Below are positions 1 to 11,299 of a stretch of 64,000 nucleotides of DNA, in pieces. Source of the DNA: Bacillales bacterium UBA5578. GTDB taxonomy: Bacteria > Bacillota_I > Bacilli_A > RF39 > UBA660. The stretch covers positions 8,259-72,258 of the forward strand of contig DIMA01000018.1 in the NCBI GenBank assembly GCA_002425325.1. Direction: 5' to 3'. Position 1 is the first letter of the stretch, and each line of letters opens with the position of its first letter. The position numbers and the translations under genes are program-made. The notes under the pieces are model-generated. The model had not been told where the DNA came from. It made no database searches and saw only the letters and a program-made list of their open reading frames with translations.

Positions 1-1028
1 CATTTGGTAGAGAAGATTATATTAATAATTATAATAAACCAAAATATGATGAAATAGAAAATTCGGATTATGAAACATCATTTGAATCACAACTTGCCAA
101 TAGTCAAAATATTTATAATAATCAAGTAAATTATCAACAACAATCATTCAATCAACAAAACTTTAATCAAGGATATTATCAAAATTATAATCAAAACTTT
201 AATCAAGGTTATAATCAAAACTATAACCAAGGATATGATCAATCATATATGTATGGTAATCAACAAATGTATAATCAAAACTTATACAATGGTGTTAATA
301 CTAACATGAATAATAATTTAAATATGAGTGGTATTACACAAGCAGAAGAGATTACTACAGTTCAAAGAAAGAAAGAAAAAGAAAGAATTGTTAGACAAGA
401 TGGTCTTGAAAAAGCAGTAAGTAGAAGTAGCAGTGGTTCAGGAATTGCTACAAAGATTTTTTTAGGATTATTTTACCTTTTAATCATAGGAACTATAGCT
501 TTCTTTGGTTATAAATTTTATTTACAAAGTAAAAAATTCTATTTTAATAAGAATAGAATTGTTATGATGTTAGATTCTAAATATGTACCAAAAGTTTACA
601 GTGAAGGTAATTTAGAAGATAATACTAAATATTCTTGGTCTTCTGATGATGATAATATTGTTACAGTAGATGATACAGGTGAGTTACACGCTACTGGAAC
701 AGGTAGAACTAAGATTCAAGTAACTGATAGAAAAACTGGTAATACAGAAAAAATCAATGTTGAAGTTATTAATCCAACAGTTAAACAATTAGAAATAACA
801 GAGGATGAGAAAAATCTTAAAATTGATGAAAAATACACATTAGTTCCATTAATTAATGGAAGAAGCGATGTAGTTGCTAAATATACATGGTCTAGTAATG
901 ATGAATCTATAGCTAAAGTTGATCAAGATGGAGTTGTTACTGGAGTAGGTGAGGGTAGAACTAAAATAGTTTTAACACTAGAAGGTTCTGAGTTAACTTC
1001 AGAAATTTCTATAGTAGTAACAAAATAA
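1..1028 (+). CDS. 5'-partial membrane-anchored surface protein. Reading frame 3 is open from the window start and precedes the annotated Met at 249. It has an N/Q/Y-rich low-complexity region, one TM helix and two Big_2-like (bacterial Ig-like) repeats.
   Basis: No stop in frame 3 from nt 3 to 1028. Composition 'NQGYYQNYNQNFNQGYNQNY...'. Hydrophobic segment 'IFLGLFYLLIIGTIAFFGY'. Repeated 'Y(S/T)WSS(D/N)D..I..VD..G.(L/V)..(T/V)G.G.T(K)I' motifs typical of Big_2. Confidence 0.55.
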   Translation, partial: FGREDYINNYNKPKYDEIENSDYETSFESQLANSQNIYNNQVNYQQQSFNQQNFNQGYYQNYNQNFNQGYNQNYNQGYDQSYMYGNQQMYNQNLYNGVNTNMNNNLNMSGITQAEEITTVQRKKEKERIVRQDGLEKAVSRSSSGSGIATKIFLGLFYLLIIGTIAFFGYKFYLQSKKFYFNKNRIVMMLDSKYVPKVYSEGNLEDNTKYSWSSDDDNIVTVDDTGELHATGTGRTKIQVTDRKTGNTEKINVEVINPTVKQLEITEDEKNLKIDEKYTLVPLINGRSDVVAKYTWSSNDESIAKVDQDGVVTGVGEGRTKIVLTLEGSELTSEISIVVTK

Positions 1029-1059
1029 GCACTAATAGTAGTGCTTTTTCTTTTATTTT
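1027..1059 (+). terminator. Rho-independent terminator after the Big_2 surface-protein gene.
   Basis: Hairpin aagcact-aatagt-agtgctt followed by a T-rich run (tttttcttttatttt). Confidence 0.6.
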
Positions 1060-1092
1060 GTGTTAATATATAAAACCATTGGAGGAATAACT

Positions 1093-1593
1093 ATGAAAAT
1101 TTTTAAAGATAATAAAGTATATGTACAAAAAAATGATATTGCATATTTAAATCATACTGATATAGCAATACCAGCATCTATATTTACTAAAGTATTTGGT
1201 GGTGGAATAGTAATTATAGATGATAGAAATAGATATGATTTTATTGAATTTGATTTACCAGAAGAAGTTAAATTTTTTGAAGAATTAGATTGGATAGTAA
1301 ATTATGACGATGTAAAAGATTTAGAAGATAATGAAATTATAAATTTAGGGCAAAATCTTGCTAATGAAAAGAATACTATGGCTAAAAGATTTAATTCAAT
1401 GTCAAATAAAGAAAAAGAAGATAATATGGATTTAGTTATAAAATGTGAATTAATGGATTTTAAAATTTATTCATTAAGAGATATATTGTGGTTTAAACAA
1501 GGACATATAAAGATGACTTTACCAGGTGAAGAATCTCAAAATGGTAAGGGTATTAAAAATAAAATTAAGTCTATTTTTAGAAAGAATAAATAA
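1093..1593 (+). CDS. Hypothetical protein. The start was moved to the ATG at 1093, which follows a GGAGG RBS.
   Basis: ORF 1060-1593. The internal ATG at 1093 is preceded by 'attggaggaataact'. No recognisable motifs. Confidence 0.4.
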   Translation: MKIFKDNKVYVQKNDIAYLNHTDIAIPASIFTKVFGGGIVIIDDRNRYDFIEFDLPEEVKFFEELDWIVNYDDVKDLEDNEIINLGQNLANEKNTMAKRFNSMSNKEKEDNMDLVIKCELMDFKIYSLRDILWFKQGHIKMTLPGEESQNGKGIKNKIKSIFRKNK

Positions 1594-1626
1594 AAAAGAT
1601 ATTGTTTCCAATATCTTTTTTTTTAC
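1594..1626. terminator. Bidirectional rho-independent terminator between convergent genes.
   Basis: aaaaaagatattg-tttcc-aatatcttttttttt: 9-bp perfect stem flanked by an A-run and a T-run. Confidence 0.65.
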
Positions 1627-1744
1627 AATATGGTGCGAGTAAGAAAGTTATTTCAAACTTTTTTCGCTAAAGTAAGTAATCAATACAATAATTGTATCAA
1701 TTTCCTAATATAATTATAAACTAATCTGTTAAATAATCAAATAC

Positions 1745-2977
1745 TTATTTACCAGTTTGCTTACTTTTTTCTAATTTTCTTTGTAATCTTAATTGCTTTA
1801 CTTCCTCATCTTTTACCTTTTTTTGTTCTTCTGATAACTCATCCTGATTTATTCGACTAGATAAAGCATTAACTAATCTTTGATGAAGTTCATCTTCTTC
1901 AGGTGTATAAAAAGTGGCAGCATTATTATTTTGTGTCATTATAAGTTCTTGGATTGTTATTGTTGGAAGTTTTTCATATTTACTTGCTCTTGAACCATAT
2001 CCAATATAGCAAACCAAATTTTTAGATCCCCCTGCCTTAATATATTCATTCATAAATAATCTAAGACCTGGATCTGTTCTATCAACACCATAAGCCATTG
2101 GAATATCAATATTTCTACCAAATTCTTTTGCAAATATGAAAGCTCTACGAGGTCCAATTCTATTTCCACCGCGTTCGATAATTCTATACATTACACAATT
2201 AAGCATCTCATCTTTTTGATAAACCCAATTGTCATAATCTTTAATTGCTTTTTCAAATTCATTATCTTCTGGTAATTTTACACCTTTTTCTTTTAACATT
2301 TTAACTATTTCTTTTATATTTTTGTCTTCTAAATCTTCATTAGATATACCAGGTATTACACAATCCATATATTCAGACATTTCAACAAAGCCATTGCGAG
2401 TTAAGTGTAAATGAGCACTACCATGACCACGATTCCAATAAACAATATCTTGATATTTAGGTCTTGAAAATACATATCTTTCACTCCATGGAAGTGAATT
2501 AATAAATGCTTTGGTATTGTAAAATTCATCCCAGTCTAAATCTTTAATCTCTGAATCTTCGTCTAATATATCATTTGTATATTGATTATTTGCAAACATA
2601 ACTCCATTTATATCAATTTGTTCTTGTGATGAACCAGGCATTATTCTATTTATCTCGTAATCTGGATATCTTAATTCATACCAAACTGCCATTTTTTCAA
2701 TAAAATTTCTCATATCAATAGGAATTGAATATTCTCCTATATCAGTATAATGACCTTTAACCATATTTTCAGTAAACCAATCGATAAATTCATCTACTTT
2801 ATCGTCTAATACAATAGGACCAATTTTAGTGTCTCTACATTCTTCTTGTTTTTTTGTTGTAACATCGCAAATCTTATCTAAAGCATTATACATCATATAA
2901 TTACCAAATGTTTCACTCGATTCTTTTTTCTCAGTTATTCCTTTTCTTAATAATATTAATTTGTCTTTAATGCTCAT
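1745..2977 (-). CDS. Hypothetical 410-aa protein, co-oriented with and immediately downstream of the Mob relaxase. Likely cargo of the mobilizable element.
   Basis: Long ORF with a K/E-rich C-terminal tail. I recognise no catalytic motifs. Confidence 0.4.
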   Translation of the reverse strand: MSIKDKLILLRKGITEKKESSETFGNYMMYNALDKICDVTTKKQEECRDTKIGPIVLDDKVDEFIDWFTENMVKGHYTDIGEYSIPIDMRNFIEKMAVWYELRYPDYEINRIMPGSSQEQIDINGVMFANNQYTNDILDEDSEIKDLDWDEFYNTKAFINSLPWSERYVFSRPKYQDIVYWNRGHGSAHLHLTRNGFVEMSEYMDCVIPGISNEDLEDKNIKEIVKMLKEKGVKLPEDNEFEKAIKDYDNWVYQKDEMLNCVMYRIIERGGNRIGPRRAFIFAKEFGRNIDIPMAYGVDRTDPGLRLFMNEYIKAGGSKNLVCYIGYGSRASKYEKLPTITIQELIMTQNNNAATFYTPEEDELHQRLVNALSSRINQDELSEEQKKVKDEEVKQLRLQRKLEKSKQTGK

Positions 2978-3018
2978 AAAATTTAAACCTCCCTTAATTT
3001 CTTAATATTTTAACATAT

Positions 3019-4362
3019 TTATCTTTCAAAGTCATCACTTTTGTCATTATTTTTATTATTTTGAATAATATCAATGTAATTATCATCAATAATTTCTTCT
3101 TCGTGTAATTCTTGTATGAAGTCATCATATTTATCATTAGAAAAGAATTTATCTTGTAAGAACTCTATAAACTTTTGCCATAACTCTTTGAAATAGTTTA
3201 ATGCTTCTTCAAGTTTAGATACTTTATCTTCTAGCTCATCAATTTCATCGTTTGCATTCTCCAACTCATATTGTAAATCTTCAATTTTATCATCACGAGT
3301 TTTAATTTTTCGTTGTAAGTTTTTAACTTCATTAGAATGATTTTTTAAATCTTCTTCATATTTTTCAAGTATAGTAGTTAAGTCATTAGTAGATTTTAGA
3401 TTAGAAGTTGCATCAGTTGTTTGTTTAATATAATCTTTAATTTCTTCGACTTCCTTATTTGAAATAGTGAAGTTATTTTTATTTAATTTGCTAGGTTTTA
3501 AATTATCTATAATTTCAGTAATTTGACTAGATTTATTTTGTAAATTGTCTGCTTTATCATTTAATTCATTAAGTCTTTTTTTATTTTTTTCTTGTTCCTT
3601 TTTTAATTCTCTATAATTAGTCATATTTTTAACATTTATATCTTGATTACGACCTTCTTCTTTTGTTTTAATGGTATAGTTTAAATGATAAATTCGATTG
3701 AATGAATTGATACAATACTCTCTCATTTTATCTTGAATATTTCTTAAACTATCTGTTGTAAATACATCTGATTTACCAACTTGTTTCTCCATACGATTTT
3801 TACTTCCTTCTTTAAAAGGAACACCAACAACATGTAAATGTGGACTAGATTCATCAAAATGAATAGTAGCATTTGCTATCTTAAAATTAGGTATAACATA
3901 TTCTAAATCTATTATTTGTTCTTTATAAACTTCAATCATTTTCTTTTTAAATTTATCATCTTGTTCAGTCCAAAAATCCATATCTCCAAGTTCAATAATG
4001 ATTTCACAAGCAAGATCTCTTTTGTTATCATTTGAGATATGATTAAAATAATCTTCTATTTTTCTATCATTTCTTTTTTGCTTTTCATTATATTTAATTC
4101 TTGCTTCTTCAAATAATTCTAAATACAAATTTTTAGTATCTTCTACAATAGAAGAAGTACCTTTAATCGTACAAATTAATTCTTTTTCATTATCATATTT
4201 TCGTAAATTATGCTTATCAACTTTTGATAATTGTTGATGATTTTGTATTGCATTATTACTAAAAGAAGTTGAGTTATTATCACTATTTTTAGCAAATTGT
4301 CTTGCTCGTTTTGTTTTATTTTTATCATTACTTAAATGTAGTGAATAGCCAAGTTCTTTCAT
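3019..4362 (-). CDS. mob: Mob_Pre/MobV-family plasmid recombination/mobilization relaxase with a C-terminal coiled-coil.
   Basis: 'HFDESSPHLHVVGVP' matches the Mob_Pre HxDE...PHxH metal-binding motif. The K/E/N-rich heptad-like C-terminal half is typical of MobM-like proteins. Confidence 0.65.
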   Translation of the reverse strand: MKELGYSLHLSNDKNKTKRARQFAKNSDNNSTSFSNNAIQNHQQLSKVDKHNLRKYDNEKELICTIKGTSSIVEDTKNLYLELFEEARIKYNEKQKRNDRKIEDYFNHISNDNKRDLACEIIIELGDMDFWTEQDDKFKKKMIEVYKEQIIDLEYVIPNFKIANATIHFDESSPHLHVVGVPFKEGSKNRMEKQVGKSDVFTTDSLRNIQDKMREYCINSFNRIYHLNYTIKTKEEGRNQDINVKNMTNYRELKKEQEKNKKRLNELNDKADNLQNKSSQITEIIDNLKPSKLNKNNFTISNKEVEEIKDYIKQTTDATSNLKSTNDLTTILEKYEEDLKNHSNEVKNLQRKIKTRDDKIEDLQYELENANDEIDELEDKVSKLEEALNYFKELWQKFIEFLQDKFFSNDKYDDFIQELHEEEIIDDNYIDIIQNNKNNDKSDDFER

Positions 4363-4391
4363 AATTCCATACCCCCTTTATAGAATAGAGT

Positions 4392-4427
4392 CCTACTATA
4401 TATAGTAGGTTAATTTTGCTTTGTCAA
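4392..4427 (-). promoter_or_regulatory. Sigma-A-type promoter for mob on the minus strand: TTGACA, 17-nt spacer, TATATA. An 18-bp perfect palindrome overlaps it and is a candidate operator.
   Basis: Reverse complement reads 'attttgacaaagcaaaattaacctactatatatagtagga'. The palindrome cctactatatatagtagg (4392-4409) spans the -10. Confidence 0.5.
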
Positions 4428-4850
4428 AATCTCTAACCCCCTATATATTTTGACATTTCACGTTGTTTATATCAAAATATGGGGGCTAAGGTTTAGGCAA
4501 CCTTAGGAACCACCTGTCTTATTTCGTAATAATGCTAAACTCCGTAAAGCATTAAAACTACATAAGACTTCTGATAAAATAACAAGCACTGCTTTTTATT
4601 TTATCTATCGAAAATTATTCAAGTAATTGCAAACTTCGTAAGCAATTATTTCATAATTTTATTTAACAAACTTTTCCCACTTTCATTTAAACGAGTTCAA
4701 CAAAACGTGTTCGTTTGTTATAACTTTTTTTAGAAAAAAGTTAGCAAAAAATTTTCTTTCGATAGATAACTTCAAAACAAAAATATAATTTTTGTTTTAA
4801 AGTTTTTCAATTATGTTTTAATTTTGTTAGTCAAGAATCAAGACAAGCAA

Positions 4851-6791
<1,941 letters not shown>

Positions 6792-6964
6792 CTAAAATTC
6801 CAGTATGATAAATTATATTTGTTTTATATTAACCCCACAAAAACATAAAACTTCCTTTTATTGCTTTCTTATTATAGATACTTTTATTTTAAAGTCAAGA
6901 CATAATCCCCAATTTTTACCTATTTAAAGGCAATTTTAGAAGAAGTTAGTACATTTATATATAT

Positions 6965-7240
6965 TTAGTTTATTTGTTTTATATAGGTCTCTAAATCTGA
7001 CAATTTAATGCTTTTAGATAAATTTTCAATAAATATTTCATTGGAATAATTAAATGCTAGAAATGTAATACCCTTAATAATTATTCTATGAGGTTCAATG
7101 TAGTTTAAATTTGTCTTATTAATTTTTCTAATATTACCATTAATAATAGTTGGAGTAGTATTACAAAAACTACATATAAATTCTATTTTTTTCTTTAATT
7201 CGTTATCAATTTCTAATTTTTCCTTTGTAATATTTACCAT
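6965..7240 (-). CDS. Hypothetical small protein (91 aa).
   Basis: ORF only. No RBS was checked in detail and no motifs were seen. Confidence 0.25.
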   Translation of the reverse strand: MVNITKEKLEIDNELKKKIEFICSFCNTTPTIINGNIRKINKTNLNYIEPHRIIIKGITFLAFNYSNEIFIENLSKSIKLSDLETYIKQIN

Positions 7241-7349
7241 TTAAACCTGTCCTTTCTTTCTTAAACACTAAAAAAGTACCAACTTCTTTTTGAAATTGAT
7301 ACTTATATATTTAAAACCTAAACTATAAAAGTTCGGACAGATTGCTTAC

Positions 7350-7436
7350 TGGTGCCCATGAAGGGACTTGAACCCTTACGATATCACTATCATTGGATTT
7401 TGAGTCCAACGCGTCTACCAATTCCACCACATGGGC
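7350..7436 (-). tRNA. tRNA-Leu(CAA), class II with a long variable arm and an encoded CCA.
   Basis: Reverse complement is GCCCATGTGGTGGAATTGGTAGACGCGTTGGACTCAAAATCCAATG...GGTTCAAGTCCCTTCATGGGCACCA. Anticodon loop CTCAAAA. T-loop GGTTCAAGTCC. Confidence 0.85.
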
Positions 7437-7444
7437 ATATATAA

Positions 7445-7489
7445 ATTATAACATATTTTTTTAATTATTACTTAAAAAAGTGTTATAAT
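7445..7489. promoter_or_regulatory. Divergent extended -10 promoters: TGtTATAAT on the minus strand for the tRNA-Leu gene and TGtTATAAT on the plus strand for the downstream membrane-protein gene.
   Basis: Minus strand 'atgttataat' (reverse complement of 7446-7455) lies 8 nt upstream of the tRNA 5' end. Plus strand 'gtgttataat' (7480-7489) lies ~18 nt upstream of the ATG at 7508. Confidence 0.45.
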
Positions 7490-7507
7490 ATTAAACATGG
7501 TGATTGT

Positions 7508-9883
7508 ATGAATTGGATTAAAAGATATAAATATTATATTTTAGCATTTATAATTCCTGTAATAGGATATTTTAGTATGCTATATTTTTCAAATATATAT
7601 TTTAAATCAGAATATTTACCAAGTGATGCATATGCACAATATTTTCCAATGTTACAATATTTTAAAAATGTATTAACTGGTACAGCTTCATACCCTATTT
7701 CTTTTTCAAAAGGATTAGGTGGTACGATGTTTGGAGCTTTTTTTTACATGTTATCAAGTCCAACCAATTTATTAGTAGTATTTTTTAAAGATATAAAATT
7801 ATTTATTATTACAACTATTCTTTTTAAAATGGGAATATGTGGATTAAATTCTTTTATATATTTTAGAAAAACAACTAGTTTTGGAAATAAATTATTATTA
7901 TTATTTTCTATGCTTTATGCATTTTGTTCGTATAATATAATGTATTGTTTTAATATTATGTGGTTAGATGGTGTAATGTTATTACCAATACTATTGTTAG
8001 GTATTGAAAAGATTATAAAAGAAAATAAAGATAAACTATATGTATGTACATTATTTTATATTATCATTTCAAATTATTATATTGGTTATATGTTGACTGT
8101 ATTTTCTATAATTTATTATATATATTATACTTATGTAAATTATAAAAAAACAAATTATATAAAAGATTATTATAAAAAAATATTTAGATTCACTTTTGTA
8201 ACATTTTTAACTGGATGTATGACAATGTTTATTTTAATACCTTGTGCTATAGAAGCAACAAATTATATTAGGGTTGATCAAAATATTAAATTTATTAATT
8301 TTATATTCTTCGATTTATATTCAAATACATACACTGGAATGGGAAACTTTATTAATCCGCTTAATTATAAAAGTATATTAATTTTCTTCTCAGTATCAAT
8401 GTTACCATTATTAGTTAATTATTCTACCAATAAAGAAATTAGAAAAAAAGAGAAAATAGCAACTATATTAATTTTATTATTATTTTTTATACCGGTAATA
8501 TTACCATATTTAAATTATTTGTGGCATTTATTTACATATCCTATGGCATTTAATTATAGATATAGTTTTATTGCAACATTCTTTTTAATAAAAATATGTT
8601 TAAAATCATTTCATAATTTAGATATAAATAAATCGATTTTAAAAAATGTATTAATTATTTATTTTATAATTTCATTACCTTTAACTATTTTAACTTATAA
8701 TACTATGGATTATTATATTTGTTTAAGTTATATAAATATAGTTGTTACTTTTATATTGTTGATAGTTTATTATGGTTTTATAAATAATAAAAAAGTGTTT
8801 TTGAAAATAATGTGTATTGATATGTTAATTAATATTGTTTTGGTGATATTTACTACAATTAGTTTTGTTAATAATCCAATTAATAGAGATTATGACTATA
8901 GTTTTTTTTCTGATAAATGTAATTTAAATTATAGATGTGAAACATTAATGGATGGCCAAAACAGGGGACTATTGTTTAATTATAATTCAGTATCATCATT
9001 TTTATCGAGTTTAAATTATAAACCTATAAAAACTATTTATGATTTTAATAATGAATCTGAAGTGCTAAATTATGTTTATTACGATTCAAATCAAATAATT
9101 ATTGATAATTTATATGGCATAAAGTATTTAGCACTTGATAAAAAAATAAGAGTAATTAATTTTTATGAGAAAGTGTATGAAAAAGATGATATTTACTTTT
9201 ATGAGAATAAAAATGCTTTAAGCCTAGGATATTTAGTAAATGAAAATATAAAAGATTATAGATTAAATAGTAATGGTGTTTATGAACAAATAAATGTAGT
9301 TAATATAATGTTTGATAGGGATTATAAACTCATAGATTTAAAATATAAAAAAATAAATGATACTACATATAATTTATCAGTTGATAATGAAATTAAATAT
9401 TTTTATATTAAAACAGATGGAATATTAAGTGATAAAACAAAAGGTAAATATGCTAAAAAAGATGATTATTTTATTTATTATGTTCAAGATGATAAAGATA
9501 TTAAATTAATATTTAATGATAAACCAAAAAATGTTGAAATATTTACTATAGATTTTAATAAATTAGATAATTTTAAGGAAGGTATTAATCAATTAGATAT
9601 TAAAGTAAATAAAGGTAATTACATAAAAGGAAAGATTAAAGGGCAAAAAAATAAAATATTGTTCACTACTATACCTAATGATAAAGGTTGGAAAGTTTAT
9701 ATAGATGGTAAAGAAGTTAAACATTATGAAGTATTAAATGGATTTATGGCTACTGATATAGAAGAGGGATCTCATATAGTGGTATTTAAATATAAAACTC
9801 CAGGATTAAAAGTTGGTATAGTTGTAAGTTTTATTAGTTTTATAACATTATTAAGATATGAATTAAAAAGAAGAAAGTATTAA
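7508..9883 (+). CDS. YfhO-family polytopic membrane protein with a C-terminal extracytoplasmic domain. Putative glycosyltransferase acting on teichoic acid or cell-wall polymers.
   Basis: ~790 aa. About 13 hydrophobic helices in the N-terminal 450 aa, a soluble C-terminal domain and a final TM. The architecture is typical of YfhO. Confidence 0.5.
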   Translation: MNWIKRYKYYILAFIIPVIGYFSMLYFSNIYFKSEYLPSDAYAQYFPMLQYFKNVLTGTASYPISFSKGLGGTMFGAFFYMLSSPTNLLVVFFKDIKLFIITTILFKMGICGLNSFIYFRKTTSFGNKLLLLFSMLYAFCSYNIMYCFNIMWLDGVMLLPILLLGIEKIIKENKDKLYVCTLFYIIISNYYIGYMLTVFSIIYYIYYTYVNYKKTNYIKDYYKKIFRFTFVTFLTGCMTMFILIPCAIEATNYIRVDQNIKFINFIFFDLYSNTYTGMGNFINPLNYKSILIFFSVSMLPLLVNYSTNKEIRKKEKIATILILLLFFIPVILPYLNYLWHLFTYPMAFNYRYSFIATFFLIKICLKSFHNLDINKSILKNVLIIYFIISLPLTILTYNTMDYYICLSYINIVVTFILLIVYYGFINNKKVFLKIMCIDMLINIVLVIFTTISFVNNPINRDYDYSFFSDKCNLNYRCETLMDGQNRGLLFNYNSVSSFLSSLNYKPIKTIYDFNNESEVLNYVYYDSNQIIIDNLYGIKYLALDKKIRVINFYEKVYEKDDIYFYENKNALSLGYLVNENIKDYRLNSNGVYEQINVVNIMFDRDYKLIDLKYKKINDTTYNLSVDNEIKYFYIKTDGILSDKTKGKYAKKDDYFIYYVQDDKDIKLIFNDKPKNVEIFTIDFNKLDNFKEGINQLDIKVNKGNYIKGKIKGQKNKILFTTIPNDKGWKVYIDGKEVKHYEVLNGFMATDIEEGSHIVVFKYKTPGLKVGIVVSFISFITLLRYELKRRKY

Positions 9884-10440
9884 TTACTTTCTTCTTTATA
9901 TTTTGATTCAAATAAATTTTCTTCTTCATTATCTATTTCTTCAACATCATTTAATGCTGGTAAATCATCTATTGTTGATAATCCAAAGTAATCTAAAAAA
10001 TCATTTGTAACACCATATAATCTAGGTTTACCAGCTTGTTCTGATCTTCCAACTTCTTGAATTAAATTCTTTAATAATAATTTTCTAATAATATAAGAAC
10101 TATTTAGTCCTCTAATTTCATCAATATCTATTCTAGATATTGGCTCATTATATGCGATAATTGCTAAAGTTTCTAAAGCTGATTGACTTAAAGTTGAAGT
10201 TGTTTCTTCTAGAGTTAAATTAGTATAATATTCTTTATGTTCTTCTTTTGTTGTTAGTTTATATTTATTTCCTAATAGTTCAATTTTTATTCCTCTATTA
10301 GGACTTTTGTATTCTTCAGCTAATTTACTGATTGTTTCTTTTATTATACTTTCTTCTACTTTTGTTAGTTCTACTAATTCTTTAATAGATAGTCCTTCAT
10401 TACCTTTTACAAAAAGTAATCCTTCAATTATAGCTTCCAT
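9880..10440 (-). CDS. scpB: Segregation and condensation protein B.
   Basis: 'EAIIEGLLFV...GLSIKEL...' and 'ETLAIIAYNEPISRIDIDEIRG...' match the ScpB winged-helix repeats. It sits downstream of scpA. Confidence 0.85.
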   Translation of the reverse strand: MEAIIEGLLFVKGNEGLSIKELVELTKVEESIIKETISKLAEEYKSPNRGIKIELLGNKYKLTTKEEHKEYYTNLTLEETTSTLSQSALETLAIIAYNEPISRIDIDEIRGLNSSYIIRKLLLKNLIQEVGRSEQAGKPRLYGVTNDFLDYFGLSTIDDLPALNDVEEIDNEEENLFESKYKEESN

Positions 10441-11151
10441 CTATTCACTTCCTTTTGCTTCAATTATAATATTTTCAAAATTATTATCTTGTTTAATATC
10501 AATTTCTTGTTTTTTAGACATACTTAGTATAGCTAAAAATGTTACAACTACATATTCCTTTGTAACTTCTTCAAATAATTCAACAAAGTTAACTTTCTTT
10601 TTTACTCTTAATATGTCTCTTATTTCCGTACTTCGTTTTCCTACTGAATACTCTTTATTTGTAACTTTAGTTGCTAAAGGTTTACTAGCCTCTTTATTTT
10701 GTAAGAAGTTATTTAATGCTGATACTAAATCGTCTAAAGATATACCTAAATCTAATTCTTGAGGTTCATTATAATCTTCTAATGTTGCTTCTCTTGTATA
10801 TATTTCTCTTCTAACTGCCTCTAATTCTTTAAAAGCATTTGTTGATTCTTTATAATTTTGATAATTAATTAATCTATTTATTAATTCTTCTCTTGGATCT
10901 TCAAATTCTTCATCTGTTTCTTCATGAGGTAATAATGTTCTAGATTTTAATTCTATTAAATCAGATGCCATTACTAAATATTCACTGGCAATATTTAAAT
11001 TTAATTCTTCCATTTTATTAATATAATCAAGATATTGTTTAGTTATTTTATCTATACTTATATCAAATATATCGATATCATCTTGTTTAATTAAGTGTAA
11101 TAGTAAATCTAGTGGTCCTTCAAATTCAGGTAATAAAACACTATATTCCAT
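10441..11151 (-). CDS. scpA: Segregation and condensation protein A.
   Basis: 'LPEFEGPLDLLLHLIKQDDIDIFDISI..ITKQYLDYI' matches the conserved ScpA N-terminus. Confidence 0.85.
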   Translation of the reverse strand: MEYSVLLPEFEGPLDLLLHLIKQDDIDIFDISIDKITKQYLDYINKMEELNLNIASEYLVMASDLIELKSRTLLPHEETDEEFEDPREELINRLINYQNYKESTNAFKELEAVRREIYTREATLEDYNEPQELDLGISLDDLVSALNNFLQNKEASKPLATKVTNKEYSVGKRSTEIRDILRVKKKVNFVELFEEVTKEYVVVTFLAILSMSKKQEIDIKQDNNFENIIIEAKGSE

Positions 11152-11299
11152 AAAATCAAACTCCTAATAATACAATAATTATATAATCTTTTATTTAAAT
11201 ATTCAATAAAAGATTAAGATAATAATTTTTTTCATCTTTTATTTTACACAAAATTAATGTATACTAAGTATAGTGTAGAATAGAATAGGAAGGGATTAT

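Noticed and set aside
1630-1645. 'tggtgc' at the left end of the candidate IME matching the tRNA-Leu 3' end, as an att direct repeat.
   Set aside because: A 6-bp match is insufficient. Serine recombinases use 2-bp crossover sites and do not typically target tRNA 3' ends. It is mentioned only within the IME finding.
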